Source of the DNA: Octopus sinensis
Lineage: Eukaryota
NCBI RefSeq assembly: GCF_006345805.1
Contig: NC_043006.1
Span: 90,210,001-90,274,000, forward strand
Reading direction: 5' to 3'
DNA length: 64,000 nt
Within the stretch, counting starts at the first letter, position 1, and each line of letters opens with the position of its first letter. A model generated the notes under the pieces. That model did not search any database and was not told where the DNA came from. It was given only the letters and a program-made list of their open reading frames with translations. Made by a program: the position numbers and the translations under genes. Below are positions 40,562-54,000 of this stretch, piece after piece.

Positions 40562-41372
40562 AATGTAACTTAGTGGTTCAGCAAAAAAGAGACTGACAAA
40601 ATGAATATTAGGCTTCAAAAAAACAGAAGTACTGGGGGTGGGGTGATTTGTTTGACTAAAAATTTTCCAAGGCGGTGCCCCAGCATGGCCACTGTCCAAT
40701 GACTGAAACAAGCAAATGATGACAGTTATATGTATACTAATAATACTATTAATCATAATGATTTTCTTTTATTTGTCACAAGGGTATCAGGTGAGGGAAA
40801 CATTACAAGGACAGTTTATGATTTATGAATAATAACAACAGCCTTTCTATGCTGGCATGGGTCAAACAAGATTTATCAGGGCAAATTTTCTGCAGCTGGA
40901 TGCACTTCCAGTCACCAACCTTCATCTGTGTCCAAGCAGAATATTGTTTTTCGATAGTGAGACATGTTTTTCACGAAAGGCCAGGAACGAACAAAGCCAC
41001 ATGTAGGATAATGATATATGCTTCGCAATCATATATGTGTATCTCTACATGAATGCACATATACATCAACAACAGTATGCATAAATCTGGACATTGATTG
41101 GTAATATTTATCAGTCACTCACATGGATGTTGAATACTGCATTATTTACCACGAGAGGATCTTTTGTATGGACTTGTGATGCATAAAAGCACTTGTGTTT
41201 ATATCACTGACAGGCAATAACTGTCCACTGCAGCCACTTGAACTGCCAGATCATATGAATTCACCCTTCCTTCAGCTTGTCAATGACAGATGTCCTGTGG
41301 AGACATAGCAGTTGACCCCACTGCCAATGATCTATAGAATACCCACTGTCTATTCAGGCATCACAAGTCTAT

Positions 41373-41780
41373 ATTATTTACATTATTTACAATTGACGAT
41401 ATTTGTCCTCAACTTGTTTGTTGTTAACACAATGTTTCGGCTGATATACCCTCCAGCCTTCATTAGGTGTCTTGGGGAAATTTCAAACCTGGGTTCTCAT
41501 TCCTAAGATATTTTTCGGTGTTATTATTATTATTCAGATCACTGCCTGGAATCAAACTCGGAATCTTGGGGTTAGTAGCCCGTGCTCTTAACCACCACAC
41601 CATATGCCCGTGGATTGAAAACCCAGGTTCGAAATTTCCCCAAGACACCTAACGAAGGCTGAAGGGTATATCAGCCACAACATTGTGTTAACAACAAACA
41701 AGATGAGGACAAATATCCATCAACTGTAAATAACGTAAATAATGTACATAATTCCTCATCTCTTAAATATAGAACTGTAC
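41373..41780 (-). mobile_element. tRNA-headed element with inverted hammerhead-bearing arms and 11-bp TSD
   Basis: TSD CACAAGTCTAT at 41362-41372 and 41781-41791; tRNA-like head ~41612-41540 (minus; TGGTGTGGTGG / GAGTTTGATTCC); ~120-bp inverted arms, each with a degenerate hammerhead (41427-41470 minus, 41645-41688 plus). Confidence 0.75.
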
Positions 41781-41921
41781 CACAAGTCTATGTTGGTAAA
41801 CAGTGCAGTATTCTGTATTCCAGCACAACACCCAAACTGAGTGCTGGGACCCTTGTCATTGTAACTGACAAAGTGATAGTGTGTGCATGAGCTTTTGCAC
41901 TTTGGTAGACCAGACCCAGAG

Positions 41922-42921
41922 ATCATCATCATCATCATCATCACCGTTTAACGTCCGCTTTCCATGCTAGCATGGGTTAGGTGGTTTAACTGGGTTCTGG
42001 GAAGCCCGAAGGCTGTACCAGGCCAGTCAGATCTGGCGGTGTTTCTACAGCTGGATGCCCTTCCTAACGCCAACCACTCCGTGAGTGTAGTGGGTGCTTT
42101 TTATGTGCCACCGACACAGGTGCCAGACGAGGCTGGCGAACGGCCACGCTCGGATGGTGTTTGTTACGTGCCACCAGCATGGAGGCCAGTCGATGTGGTG
42201 CTGGCTACGGCCACATTTGGATGGTTCTCTTATGTGCTACCAGCACTGGTACCACAGACTACAAATTCCATTGATGTGGATTGATTTCGATTTGATTTGA
42301 TTCTTCGATTTTGATTTTCACTTGCCTCAACAGGTCTTCACAAGTAGAGTTATGTGTCCCAAGAAGGAAGGTATGCACAGGTGGACTGACTACGTCCTAG
42401 GTAGGGGCCACGGGTTATGGCCTCACTTGTCCTGCCGGGTCTTCTCACGCACAGCATACTTCCAAAGGTCTCGGTCTCTGGTCATTTCCTCGGCGAGACC
42501 TAAAGAGTGAAGGTCGTGTTTCACCACCTCATCCCAGGTTTTCCTGGGTCTACCTCTTCCACAGGTTCCCTCAACTGCTAGGGTGTGGCACTTTTTCACA
42601 CAACTATCTTCATCCATTCTTACCACGTGTCCATACCAGCGTAGATGTCTCTCTTGCACACCACAACTGATGCTTCTTAGGTCCAACTTTTCTCTCAAGG
42701 CACTTACACTCTGTCGGGTATGAACACTGACATTACACATCCACCGGAGCATACTGGCTTCATTTCTTGCGAGCTTACGCATATCCTCAGCAGTCATGGC
42801 CCATGTTTCACTGCCATGTAGCATGACTGTTCGTACACATGCGTCATACAGTCTGCCTTTTACTCTGAGCGAGAGGCCTTTTGTCACCAGCAGAGGTAAG
42901 AGCTCCCTGAACTTTGCCCAG
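41922..42921 (-). mobile_element. RTE-clade LINE, 5'-truncated
   Basis: WAKFRELLPLL..GRGRPRKTW..KTRQDK* (ORF ends 42423), 3' UTR and (GAT)n tail. Confidence 0.9.
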
Positions 42922-42980
42922 ATATTCCAGATAAATTTTGCTGTTATAGACATTTTATGTTAGGATTTCGTAATTCTATG

Positions 42981-42981
42981 C

Positions 42982-43014
<33 letters not shown>

Positions 43015-43633
43015 GGACAAAATATAAGTGCAATATTAGTCTGAGAGGCAGACGTTCCAATATTAGTGGCAAATGTGAGAGTTTAATTCTGGTATTTTTG
43101 TTCTTAATCACAAGACAAAGCTGTGAGAAAAAATTTAAGTATTCTTTATATGAAAGACTTGTGAAGAGTAGTTTTATTGTCTGTTTGGCAGCAATTACTT
43201 GAGGGAGAAAATATGTTGCAGGATTACAAAATATCAAATCATTTGCCAAGATTTTAGAAATTTACCTGTTTCTTGTGTAATTAGCAGAGAGAGAAAGAAA
43301 CAGCAACAACAAAGAAAAAAACAACCCTACTTACAGTTATTTTCTAAGAAGCATATAGCAAATACTGAATAAATAGAAGGAATTCCAGTGGCTAATAAAT
43401 ACCTGGACACTGATTAATTAGTTGTGCGTTTTTATTTTCATGAAATACATTAGATTACTAACAGTGGAATGGGTAGAAATATGTGTTGATGTGTTTGCAT
43501 ATGAACATCTACATCCACATACACTGACACACACACACATATTTATTTATATATAATGCATACATATATGTATGTTTCTACATGTAATATACATACATAC
43601 ATGTATGTATATAAATATATCATGTACAAACAC

Positions 43634-43669
<36 letters not shown>

Positions 43670-44296
43670 AGAGAGAGAGGGACAAAATATAAGTGCAATA
43701 TTAGTCTGAGAGGCAGACGTTCCAATATTAGTGCAAATGTGAGAGTTTAATTCTGGTATTTTTGTTCTTAATCACAAGACAAAGCTGTGAGAAAAAATTT
43801 AAGTATTCTTTATATGAAAGACTTGTGAAGAGTAGTTTTATTGTCTGTTTGGCAGCAATTACTTGAGGGAGAAAATATGTTGCAGGATTACAAAATATCA
43901 AATCATTTGCCAAGATTTTAGAAATTTACCTGTTTCTTGTGTAATTAGCAGAGAGAGAAAGAAACAGCAACAACAAAGAAAAAAACAACCCTACTTACAG
44001 TTATTTTCTAAGAAGCATATTAGCAAATACTGAATAAATAGAAGGAATTCCAGTGGCTAATAAATACCTGGACACTGATTAATTAGTTGTGCGTTTTTAT
44101 TTTCATGAAATACATTAGATTACTAACAGTGGAATGGGTAGAAATATGTGTTGATGTGTTTGCATATGAACATCTACATCCACATACACTGACACACACA
44201 CATATTTATTTATATATAATGCATACATATATGTATGTTTCTACATGTAATATACATACATACATGTATGTATATAAATATATCATGTACAAACAC

Positions 44297-44339
<43 letters not shown>

Positions 44340-44340
44340 G
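42981..44340. repeat. ~664-bp near-identical tandem duplication
   Basis: 43014-43678 repeats at 43679-44340; breakpoints lie in (GT)n(GA)n. Confidence 0.9.
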
Positions 44341-44700
44341 TGGTATCAAAGGGTTCCCAGACTAGTTCTGTTTAATTAAAAAAAAATTCTTTCCTTAAGT
44401 TTTAACATCATCACTTTCGAAATGGTTACCTTGCACAGCAATACACCAGTCCTAGCATTCCTGCCACTTTTGGAATCTGGTCTAGAAGTCACTTTCCATA
44501 AGCAAGTTGAGGACCTTCTGTGATTTGCTCTAGATTTTGGCAATGGTGTTAAAATGGTGACCTTTGAGCTGCACTTTCATCTTTGGGAAGAGATGGCAGT
44601 CCTCAGGTGCTAAATCTGGTGAACATTGGGTGGGTGGGTGTGGAAGTGGTACTATTTGGTTTATGGTAGGAAACTCACAAGTGAGGAGAACACTTTTGTT
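44337..44700 (-). mobile_element. mariner transposon fossil (3' part)
   Basis: PHPPTQCSPDLAPEDCHLFPKMK..LKGHHF, a YSPDLAP-type motif. Confidence 0.75.
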
Positions 44701-44914
44701 TATTTCACTCATTAGACTGGCCATGCTGGGGCACTGAAGAATTTTTAGTCAAATGTATCAACCCCAGGATTTTTTTTTATTTGAAAGCCTGGTACTTAAT
44801 CTATCAGTCATTTTTGCCAAACCACTAAGTTATAGGGACATAAACACACAAACAGCAGTTGTCACACAGTGGTGGGGGACAAACATATACACAAACACAC
44901 ACACATACACACAC

Positions 44915-45261
44915 CGCCTTACTCCCAGCGTCACCTTACTGACACTTGTACCGGTGGCACGTGGAAAAACATTCAAGTGAGATCATTGCCAGTGCCACTG
45001 GACTGGCTCCTGTGCAGGTGGCACGTAACAAACACCATTTGAGCATGGCTGTTGCCAGTACTGCCTAAATGGCCCCCATGCCGGTGGCATGTAAAAGCAC
45101 CCACTACACTCCCGGAGTGGTTGGCATTAGGAAGGGAATCCAACTGTAGAAACTCTGCCAGATCAGATTGGAGCCTGGTGCAGCCATCACGTTTGCCAGT
45201 CCTCAGTCAAATCGTCCAACCCATGCTAGCATAGAAAGCGGACGTAAAACAATGATGATGT
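44915..45261 (+). repeat. RTE-LINE 3' UTR fragment
   Basis: GGTGGCACGTAA repeats followed by the RTE terminus and GATGAT. Confidence 0.7.
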
Positions 45262-45384
45262 ATATCCCCCGTGTATATCTGATGGGTTTCTTCCAGTTTC
45301 TGTCCACCAAATCCACTCATAAGGCTTTGGTCTACTCAAGGCCATAGAAGAAGATATTTGCCAAAGGTGTCACACAGATGGCTT

Positions 45385-46001
45385 TGTCACTTTGAGCCAG
45401 AGACAAAGAGACAGTCCACAAAGTGGAAATGCTTTTCCTCATCTGCTCCAATGTAGGCCAACGCCGTTTCATCTGCAAAGAAATTTATGGCCTCATGTTT
45501 TGGGGGATGCAAGAGGCATTATGTTTATTCACTATCTTCAAATGAACCACACCACCAGTGGAGAGTACCATGAGAACTTGCTGAGGTAGTTATGAAAGAC
45601 TATCCACACCAAACACCCAGAACAACTGATGAAAGGCATTTTGTTTCATCAGGACAATTCTCCAGTACACAAGTCCTTGGTTTTAAAAGCTGTTGCGAAC
45701 TGGTTGACCAGCCTTCCTCTTCTCCTGGTTTGTCCCCATCTGATTATCATCTGTTCCTCAACATGAAAAAAACACTTGGCTGAGAACCAGAATTGCAGTG
45801 ATGATGAGGTCATATCTGCTGTTGATGAATTTTTTTACCAACATGATGAAAGATTCTACCACAATGGCATCCAAGCACTGCAACACTAATGAAAGATGTG
45901 TGTGGACTGCAAAGAGGACTATCTAGCAAAATATACCTTATTTGGTCACATTCCATGATAATATCTTCGTCATCGTATAAACTTTACAGGCAGCCCTCAT
46001 G
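45385..46001 (+). mobile_element. mariner transposon fossil (catalytic half and right end)
   Basis: Broken frames: FWGDARGI..YLQMNHTTSGEYHENLL, FHQDNSP.H, DQPSSSPGLSPSDYHLFLNMKK, KMCVDCKEDYL. Confidence 0.8.
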
Positions 46002-46002
46002 G

Positions 46003-46036
<34 letters not shown>

Positions 46037-46046
46037 AAATTTAGGG

Positions 46047-46077
<31 letters not shown>

Positions 46078-47579
46078 CACATAACATGGATAAACCCATG
46101 TCCCTACCCAAAAGTCAGTCACTTCTGCCTGCCATTCTATATTGTATTTTCTTTAGAATAAAAAATAAAATTCACTTTTCTTTTACTCAAGGAATATATT
46201 TTCTCTTCCTCTTTCTTCTTAATTCCTAATTATCATTAAATTCTCTATGTAAATCTTGATTAGCCTTATTAAGAATGACACAAAAGAAAACAAAAACTAC
46301 CTTTTAATTTTAGGTGATTTATTGTTTAAAGCTTTTGATAACCATGTTATTACATAACATTTTAGCTTTTGCATTCTTTACTCGAGGAATTCTTGTTGGA
46401 ATCTATCGTATTCAGAATATTTTTTGCTTGTAGTTTGTGAGAGACATTATGTCTTTCTGTCTTTTTTTTTTTTTCATTTTTTCCCCATTGGAGGTTTTAT
46501 GAGAATATGCAGGTTGTATTTAGCAAATCAAGCACTTACACAGCAAAGAGAGCTTATGCAAATGTCTTCTACTGGGGCCCCGAGCTAACCAAAGCCTCAT
46601 TAGTGGATTTGGTAGACAAACAGACAAAACATACCAGTAGTTTAAAAATAAACTGAAAGAAGCCGCTTGTCGTCATTGTCATTATTAAACATTTGCTATT
46701 CCATACTTGTATGAGTTGGACAAACTTTGTTCAGACGGATTTTTCTATGGCTGGATGCCCTTCTTGTCACCAATCTCCCCTGTTTCCAAGCAAGGTAATA
46801 TTTCCCATGCCCAAACACTTTCTATTTGTAATGGAAGACCGAAAACACTTGACATCATTGGTATAATGGTGAAGGTCATTTACAGCCACCACATGATGTC
46901 ATGGGTGCGCACACACACACACACCATTCAGTTTCCACCAACGAAATCCACTCACAAGACTTTGGTTGGCCTGAGGCTAGAGAAGAAGACACTTGCCCAA
47001 GGTGCCACACAGTGGGACTGAACATGAGACTTCATAGTTGGCAAGTAAGCTTCTCAACCACACTGCTAGACCTGTATTGCATATATGAATACACACACAC
47101 ACACATGTATATATATTTATGTATAGGCATATGTGTGTGTGTCACATCATTGTCCAAAAGAAGCTACACCATCATAGAAGCAATGTCATTCATTTCCAGT
47201 AAAAAAAAAGTCTGCTCAAGGGAAAATATTATTGAGAAACAGGTGAGGGTTAGCAAACAGGAAGGGCATCCAGCCATAGAAAATGTGTTTCAACAAAATT
47301 TTTCTGACCCATTCAAGCAACAGTGAACCTTAAAATGATAATGATGATGATGTACATTCTGTAAAAGGCAGAGTTATGAGGACCCTTTAGGGCAACTGAA
47401 CGTCACAAATGCTAGTTCCAGTAAAATGCACTGAATGAACTCTAGAAAGTGGTTGGTGTTAGGAAGGGCATGATATGTCCCTTAATCCATCCTGTGGAGC
47501 AGTGATACTCTATGACATAGTGATTCGAACCAGAGTGACCTCTCAGTCCATGTTAGCACAGAAAGTGCATGTAAAACAG

Positions 47580-47611
<32 letters not shown>

Positions 47612-48244
47612 GTGCCAATTAGTCATTTAGTAGTAAAATAGTTTGAAATCAGTTTAGAATATCAAATTAAAACCACACACCACACATGCACAAATACATA
47701 TGCATAGTTAAAAGGCAAGTTAAAAGGCAATGGCCTTTGGGATATAATTACTAATAAGTGATAGACAAATCTGAATCAAATAACGGACTTTGTAGAAAAT
47801 TAATTACAGTCACTCTTTTTATTTTTATTATTTTTTTAAGGAAAAAAAAAAACAACAAACTTATGCTTGCAAAGAGTATAAAGAAAATAGATAAAATAAA
47901 ATTTTAAATGACAGAAATAAAGACCAGACATACAAGTAGTTTAAAAGAAACTGTTTGAAAATAAATTCATTAGTTTTGCATAAAAAATAATTTGTTATTT
48001 TCTTAGTAGGCAAAATCTAATATTACAATACTACCAAGGGAGTTAAAAATAAATTCATTATCTTAATTAACAAAAACAAAAAAAAAAAACGAAATAATAA
48101 AGAGAAAATCAAAAACATTAATTTTTATGCTGAAATGTGTAAATAAAGCCATGGAAGTTCTAAGTGACGAAATTTCATTTTGCAATTGGTTATATTTTCC
48201 TAACGAATGTGATGGGTGATATATCAAAGCAGGACATAGAACTC

Positions 48245-48324
<80 letters not shown>

Positions 48325-50435
48325 TGTGTGTGTGTGAGAGAGAGAGAAAGGCAAGATATAATGCTACTTTTATCAGAGTCAATTCTGGTTAAATGACTCT
48401 GATGAAAGTAGCATGAATTTCGTAGGTTGTTCAATTTTTCTCAACTGATCAATGGATCACTTGAGTAAACCTATCAATAACAAACCTATAATGATCACTA
48501 GAAACAGCTGTAAGCTGAATTTACTACAATAAAGAAAAATATGTCATGACCATTATTTATGCTTTGTCTTTGTAAGAACCAGTCTAACCGTATAGTGAAG
48601 GACCGAGGACCCTGCCACAAGAATACTCGGAGGTCTTTACTAATCTAAATGATATTGTTAGCCTGCTGTAGTAAGTGAGGGCTTATAAATCCATCGTTAA
48701 TAACTCTGAATATCATCAATCATTTTAATGTTCATTTTTCCATGCTTGAATGCAGCAGACGCAGTTCATTGACGCAGATGTTCTACATCCACATGCCCTT
48801 TCTGCCACCAGCCATTTTCTCTTTCCAAGTAATAACAATTATACCATGTCAAGACAAAGTGACACACAAACATGCCTAGATGGCTGTACTTCTTAGCCCT
48901 ATGCATCCATATGAGAGGATTTGTTAAGGCAAACACTGCAGCATTATGGCATTCTCACAATACATTCATGTTAAGTAGGATATAAAGATTACCATGTGGT
49001 ATTAATGTCTCTTACATCATTAATATTCATTATATATATATACATATTTAGAGAGAGAGATATGGGTAAAAATACACCTCACAACATAGACTTGATTTAT
49101 TAAAATTATTTCCACTTTTACAGGATTTGTTAGAATTATCAAATGGTAATTAAGAACAGATCCATAGGAAAAGGGAATTTCAAGAACCAAAAATTCTCCA
49201 AATCAGACATGCCACTAAAGAAAAGGTGAGGCTTATTGTCTGGAGATAAGAGGAAAGTCAGGGACATGAGTGCTTTTACCTCAATAGGTACAAACACATA
49301 TCCATAGCCCTAACCTGCATCAGAAAGACAAGGGACATAAATATATACAGAAAGAGTAAAACACATTTATGGGTCTAGCTAATTAGCATAAATTAAACAA
49401 AAACGAGCTAAGAGAAATAATGTTTGCAAATGATACTTATATGAACAACATAAACACATAAAGGTATATCAAATACTATACTACATAAATTTTTGTCCTT
49501 TAGCTGCTGGAGACAAATTAAGTCAATTATTATGCTGGTGATGCTTGTTGAGGTTGAAACATATGCTTATGACTGTCCTCTTATCTTCAAACAATCAACT
49601 TGTCCTTTTTCTTAAGGGCATCTCATCTTTGGTAAGTTCTTGATTCTTGAGATTCTCTTCCTATATAATATGAAGCTGATCTCATTTGACATTTGATAAT
49701 TGTGTTACATCCCTCAGAGGCAGAGACAATTTTAATAATAAATCAAGAATTTATGTTGTATGGTATTTGATATATCTGTATTTATCTATGTTCCTCAAAT
49801 ACATGCGACTGTCAGTTATTTCACTTAGATCCTTTTTTAAAATTTATACACACACACAGAATATAAAATAATGACTGACTGTTTTCAATGATTTCAAAAA
49901 ATTTATGTAAAAATAGAATTATAAATTCCAGATGAATATAATGGAGCAGAAATAGATTGCAAAAATTCTGCATTTCATTTGAAAATATAGTTATGTAAAC
50001 CAAATTTTTAAAAAATTCAAAAAGTGAGAAAAATTTCAAAATACCAAATCCTACATCAAAAATGATTGAACACTATTGTTAGGAATCTTTATATTGGCAT
50101 AGTTTCACGATAGAAGACTGAGTTTTAAGATTTGTTTGTTCTACATCTTTCAATTCTTAACTTCATGGAAGACACAGTTCCATAGAAGACAGCATCTATG
50201 AGCCAGCCCTGAAATGCATGATTTCACAAAATCCTACTAACTTTGTTTACATTCATCTTGAAGGAAGTGAAGAGCACTTTAATGTTAAGAAAGAAATCAC
50301 AAATCCCTTCCAGCATTTATTTCAGTTCTGTAAGAGAAGCATTAAAGTATTGGACTTCTGAATTAGATTTTAGCTGGATGGGAAGAGCTGGGTCTTCCTT
50401 TAAGTGAAAAGTAGTTTTAAATGGAAAATGTTTAA

Positions 50436-51018
50436 CCCCTTACCCAACAATTATTTTGAAAATAAATGTATTTTTTCAGACATATTTTTTAATTGTTTTA
50501 TTTTACTATGTTTTGAATGGTGATTTCGAGGTATATTTCAAACCTTATTTATTATGAATTTTAATTCAATAATATTGATTTTAAATTACCGCTTTGGGCA
50601 GAAACGAGTTAACCGTTTTTTTTCATAAATCATATTACTTTTACAAAAAATCATGTTATTTTATTTGGTTATCGACATGGTGGGGTTATAATATAAAGGT
50701 ATAAAAAAAACAACGTAAAAACAAAGTGAATACTTCTATTCACAAAATGTGCCTTCCAACCCTTCGACTGTCTCCAGGTGACTAAATCATACTCAGTCTT
50801 CAATACCTTACTCAAGCGAAAGGTGGCAGAAATCGTCACTGCCAGACGTATAAAGTGAGCAAATATACTCGTATATGTCAAAAAAGAGTTTATAATAGAC
50901 AAAGGAACTCGTTTGCTGTCGATTTTGGCGAGTCTTTCTTTTGACGAGTTAACTCGCCAGAGATAGAAAAAAACGATTTCGGTCAAAACGCATATATTCG
51001 TTTCTGCCAGGTAAGGGG
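50436..51018. mobile_element. piggyBac-type non-autonomous element (MITE)
   Basis: TTAA|CCCCTTACC ... GGTAAGGGG|TTAA: 9-bp TIR with TTAA duplication; no ORF. Confidence 0.6.
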
Positions 51019-54000
51019 TTAATGCAATGAGGGAATATTTCTGTTTTTTAGTTAACAAATGAGGCAGTAACCTTTTACAGGGCCTCCAAAAGAGGGCAGG
51101 AAGGGAGAAAAGTATCCTCATATCAGAGATCTTCAGCTTTATTTATGGACCCAAGGTGTAAGATAGAGGTGTTCATTGAGGTGAGAGATCAAGTCAAATA
51201 CCATAATAGGCAGTGGTAGGAATTGAACTCAAAACAGATAGAGCCAGAACAAATATAACAAGGTATCTGATACCACATTCTCACAGTTCTGATTTGATAT
51301 TTTTTCCCCAATCACAAAAGAATGAAAGCAAAGTTGACCTTGGTAGGAACTGAACTCAGTGTAGAAAGGATTGAAAGAAATGACAAGACATTCCAGTTGA
51401 CTTTCTAAGGATACTAACCAACTAGATACCTATCGATATTAAAAATACAATGATAAAAAAAAAAATCATTATTCTAATCACTAGAATTTATTTCATCTGA
51501 TTTTTGGCAAGTATGGGCAACAACTGTATACATGTTTCAAACTCATTACACCTCCTCAGCAAAATATAGTTTTCTCCATATTTCCCTCATTAGTAATAAC
51601 AGAATCACTGTATCAATATACAGTAATGTGCATGAGGAGACATCATAAGTTATCCTAATGATTGAAATAAATTGCTCAGACATGCCATCCTCAAAAAAAG
51701 TAACAGTTAAGTTCATATTTAATCATATTTAATGTAGTGAGGAAAAATATTTCAAACAGCGTTCATTTTATTGAAGAATGTGAAGATTTTGTGAGAGTTG
51801 TCAACAATGTGGTCAAGACGGAGTTACATAAAGATATGAACAAATAGCTATGCCTAGGTAAAGTGATAACATCAGGCTTTGCAAATATCAGTAGAGCAAC
51901 AGAGAAACAGCATAAAGTGACATTGGTGAAATAAAGATTTATATCAAATAAGGTGCCAACAAACTTTACAGATTCAAGTAATAACAAATGACATGCTAAT
52001 AGCGAGTTGACACGATACCTAAGCCAGGCAATGTAAATAATCACAACAAAACAACACTGCTAACCTAAAAAGCAAATTACAATTCAGTTTAGATCAATTT
52101 TCTTTCAATTATCTCGCTAAGCCCAGGCACAGTGAAAGTACAAGAAGAATTCCAAGGCTAATTCAGTCCCTTCCCTACCTATTACTGGCATCACAGTACA
52201 ATCCTGATAGTGAACAGAATTACACACACACACACACACATACACACAAGTATGTATGTATACATGCATAACTGGGTGTGCACACATGTATACACAAGCA
52301 CACACCTATAAATAAATGTATACTTATACATACATCATCATCATCACATATATATACACATATATATATACATACACATATATGCATATATACATACACA
52401 CACACACACACATATATATATACACACACATACATACCTATACACATATACACACATATTTATAAATAAATACATATATATGTATATATATATGTGCATG
52501 TGTGTGTGTGTACACATACAAACATACACATACCTATCTATTTACATATGTGTGTATATGTATATACGTAATGAAGGTTGGCTACAGAAAGCGAGAAGGA
52601 AAGAGACGTTCATATAAATGATACGAAGCCACTGCAAATCTCCATCAATTCATTTTCTTTTGTCAGAGAGTGCTGTTTATTGTATTCCTGCTTCTGATAC
52701 TTATTCGACCATTTTCTGACAAGGAATCTGTTTCAGCTTGTTTTTGTATTCAACCAGTCTTTGCTTCATTCTCTAGTTCTTTATTTCCATTTTGTCTCCA
52801 TCTCAATGAGTCATCAGGAAAAAATAAATAAAGAGATTCCATTTATTATTTTCTCAAAGTGTATTTATCTCCAATAACATTCCAAATTAGATGTGAGCGG
52901 AATTCAGAAGATACCTGCTATTAAACAGATTATTACAAGTCTTTTACACTTCTGCAATTTTCAATGTCGTTGATGGTGTTTTTATTAATTGTTACTAAAC
53001 AAAGATCTACAGGGCAACACCAAACTTACTTCCCGTTCTTTATGTCATCACTCCAAATTTTGGTTTCTTCCTTTGGCATTATGATTCTAAAGGAAGATTT
53101 TATATAGGTAAGCTTGAAACATGTTAGGGAGCCACTGTGAGGCACATGTGACACCTGAGGACACCTGGGGCAGGTGTCTTCTACTATCATCTTGTGGGTG
53201 AATTTGGTAGGCAGAGACTGTGTGGAAGCCTGTCATGTATATAGGTATATGTGTGTGTGTGTGTGTGTGTGTGTTCCTTTGTGTTTCCCTCTTTGCTTGA
53301 CAACTGGTGGTAGTTTGTTTACAGTTCTGTAACTTAGAAGTTCAGCAAAAGAGATTGATAGAAGGTTGATTTGTTTGACTGAAAGCCTTCAAGGTGGTGC
53401 CCCAGCATGGCCACAGTCAAATGATTGAAAAAAAAAGATAAAAGATGAAGGCATTAGGGTGTTGGAGTCAGATACATCACAAGTTGTTATGAAGGATTCA
53501 ACTTGAAACGTGTGAAGTTGAACTGAAAGATATTTACAGAATGTTAAATTCCAAAGTTCAAAGAAATTTCTAAGAATTTCCTGGCACCAATTCAGCAGAG
53601 CTGCTATGAGTTGTTATAGCATTGGATGGAATGTCTTAGAGGATTTGTTGTAAACTACTGCACTCTGAGTTCAGATCCTGCCAACGCTGACTTTACTTTT
53701 CATCTTTTCAGGGTCATTAAAAAAAGAAAATCTTGATTACTTGACTGGCAGAATTGTAAGGTCATCAGATTTGGTGCCTTGTGGTATTTCTTCTGCTTCT
53801 TTATGTTCAGAGTTCAAATACCATTGTGGTGTGCTTGGTCCGCCATCTGATTTATGATCACCATATTGTTTTGAGGTGACTTGAGGGGACCCCATTGTCA
53901 GCCTACATTTTTGATTCATGGATTTATAGAAAATCTTAAGAAGTTTGGTTTGTGTCACTTGAGCTTTTCACTCCCTTTGGAAACTTGGCCATCGACAGCT

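Noticed and set aside
49520-49578. CTGGTGA..GAAACATATG
   Set aside because: Core mismatch, weak stem II and no NUH in register
51520-51572. Minus-strand CTGAGGA..GAAACATGTA
   Set aside because: Stems I and II do not pair convincingly
52770-52822. Minus-strand CTGATGA CTCA/TGAG
   Set aside because: No GAAA or stem III follows
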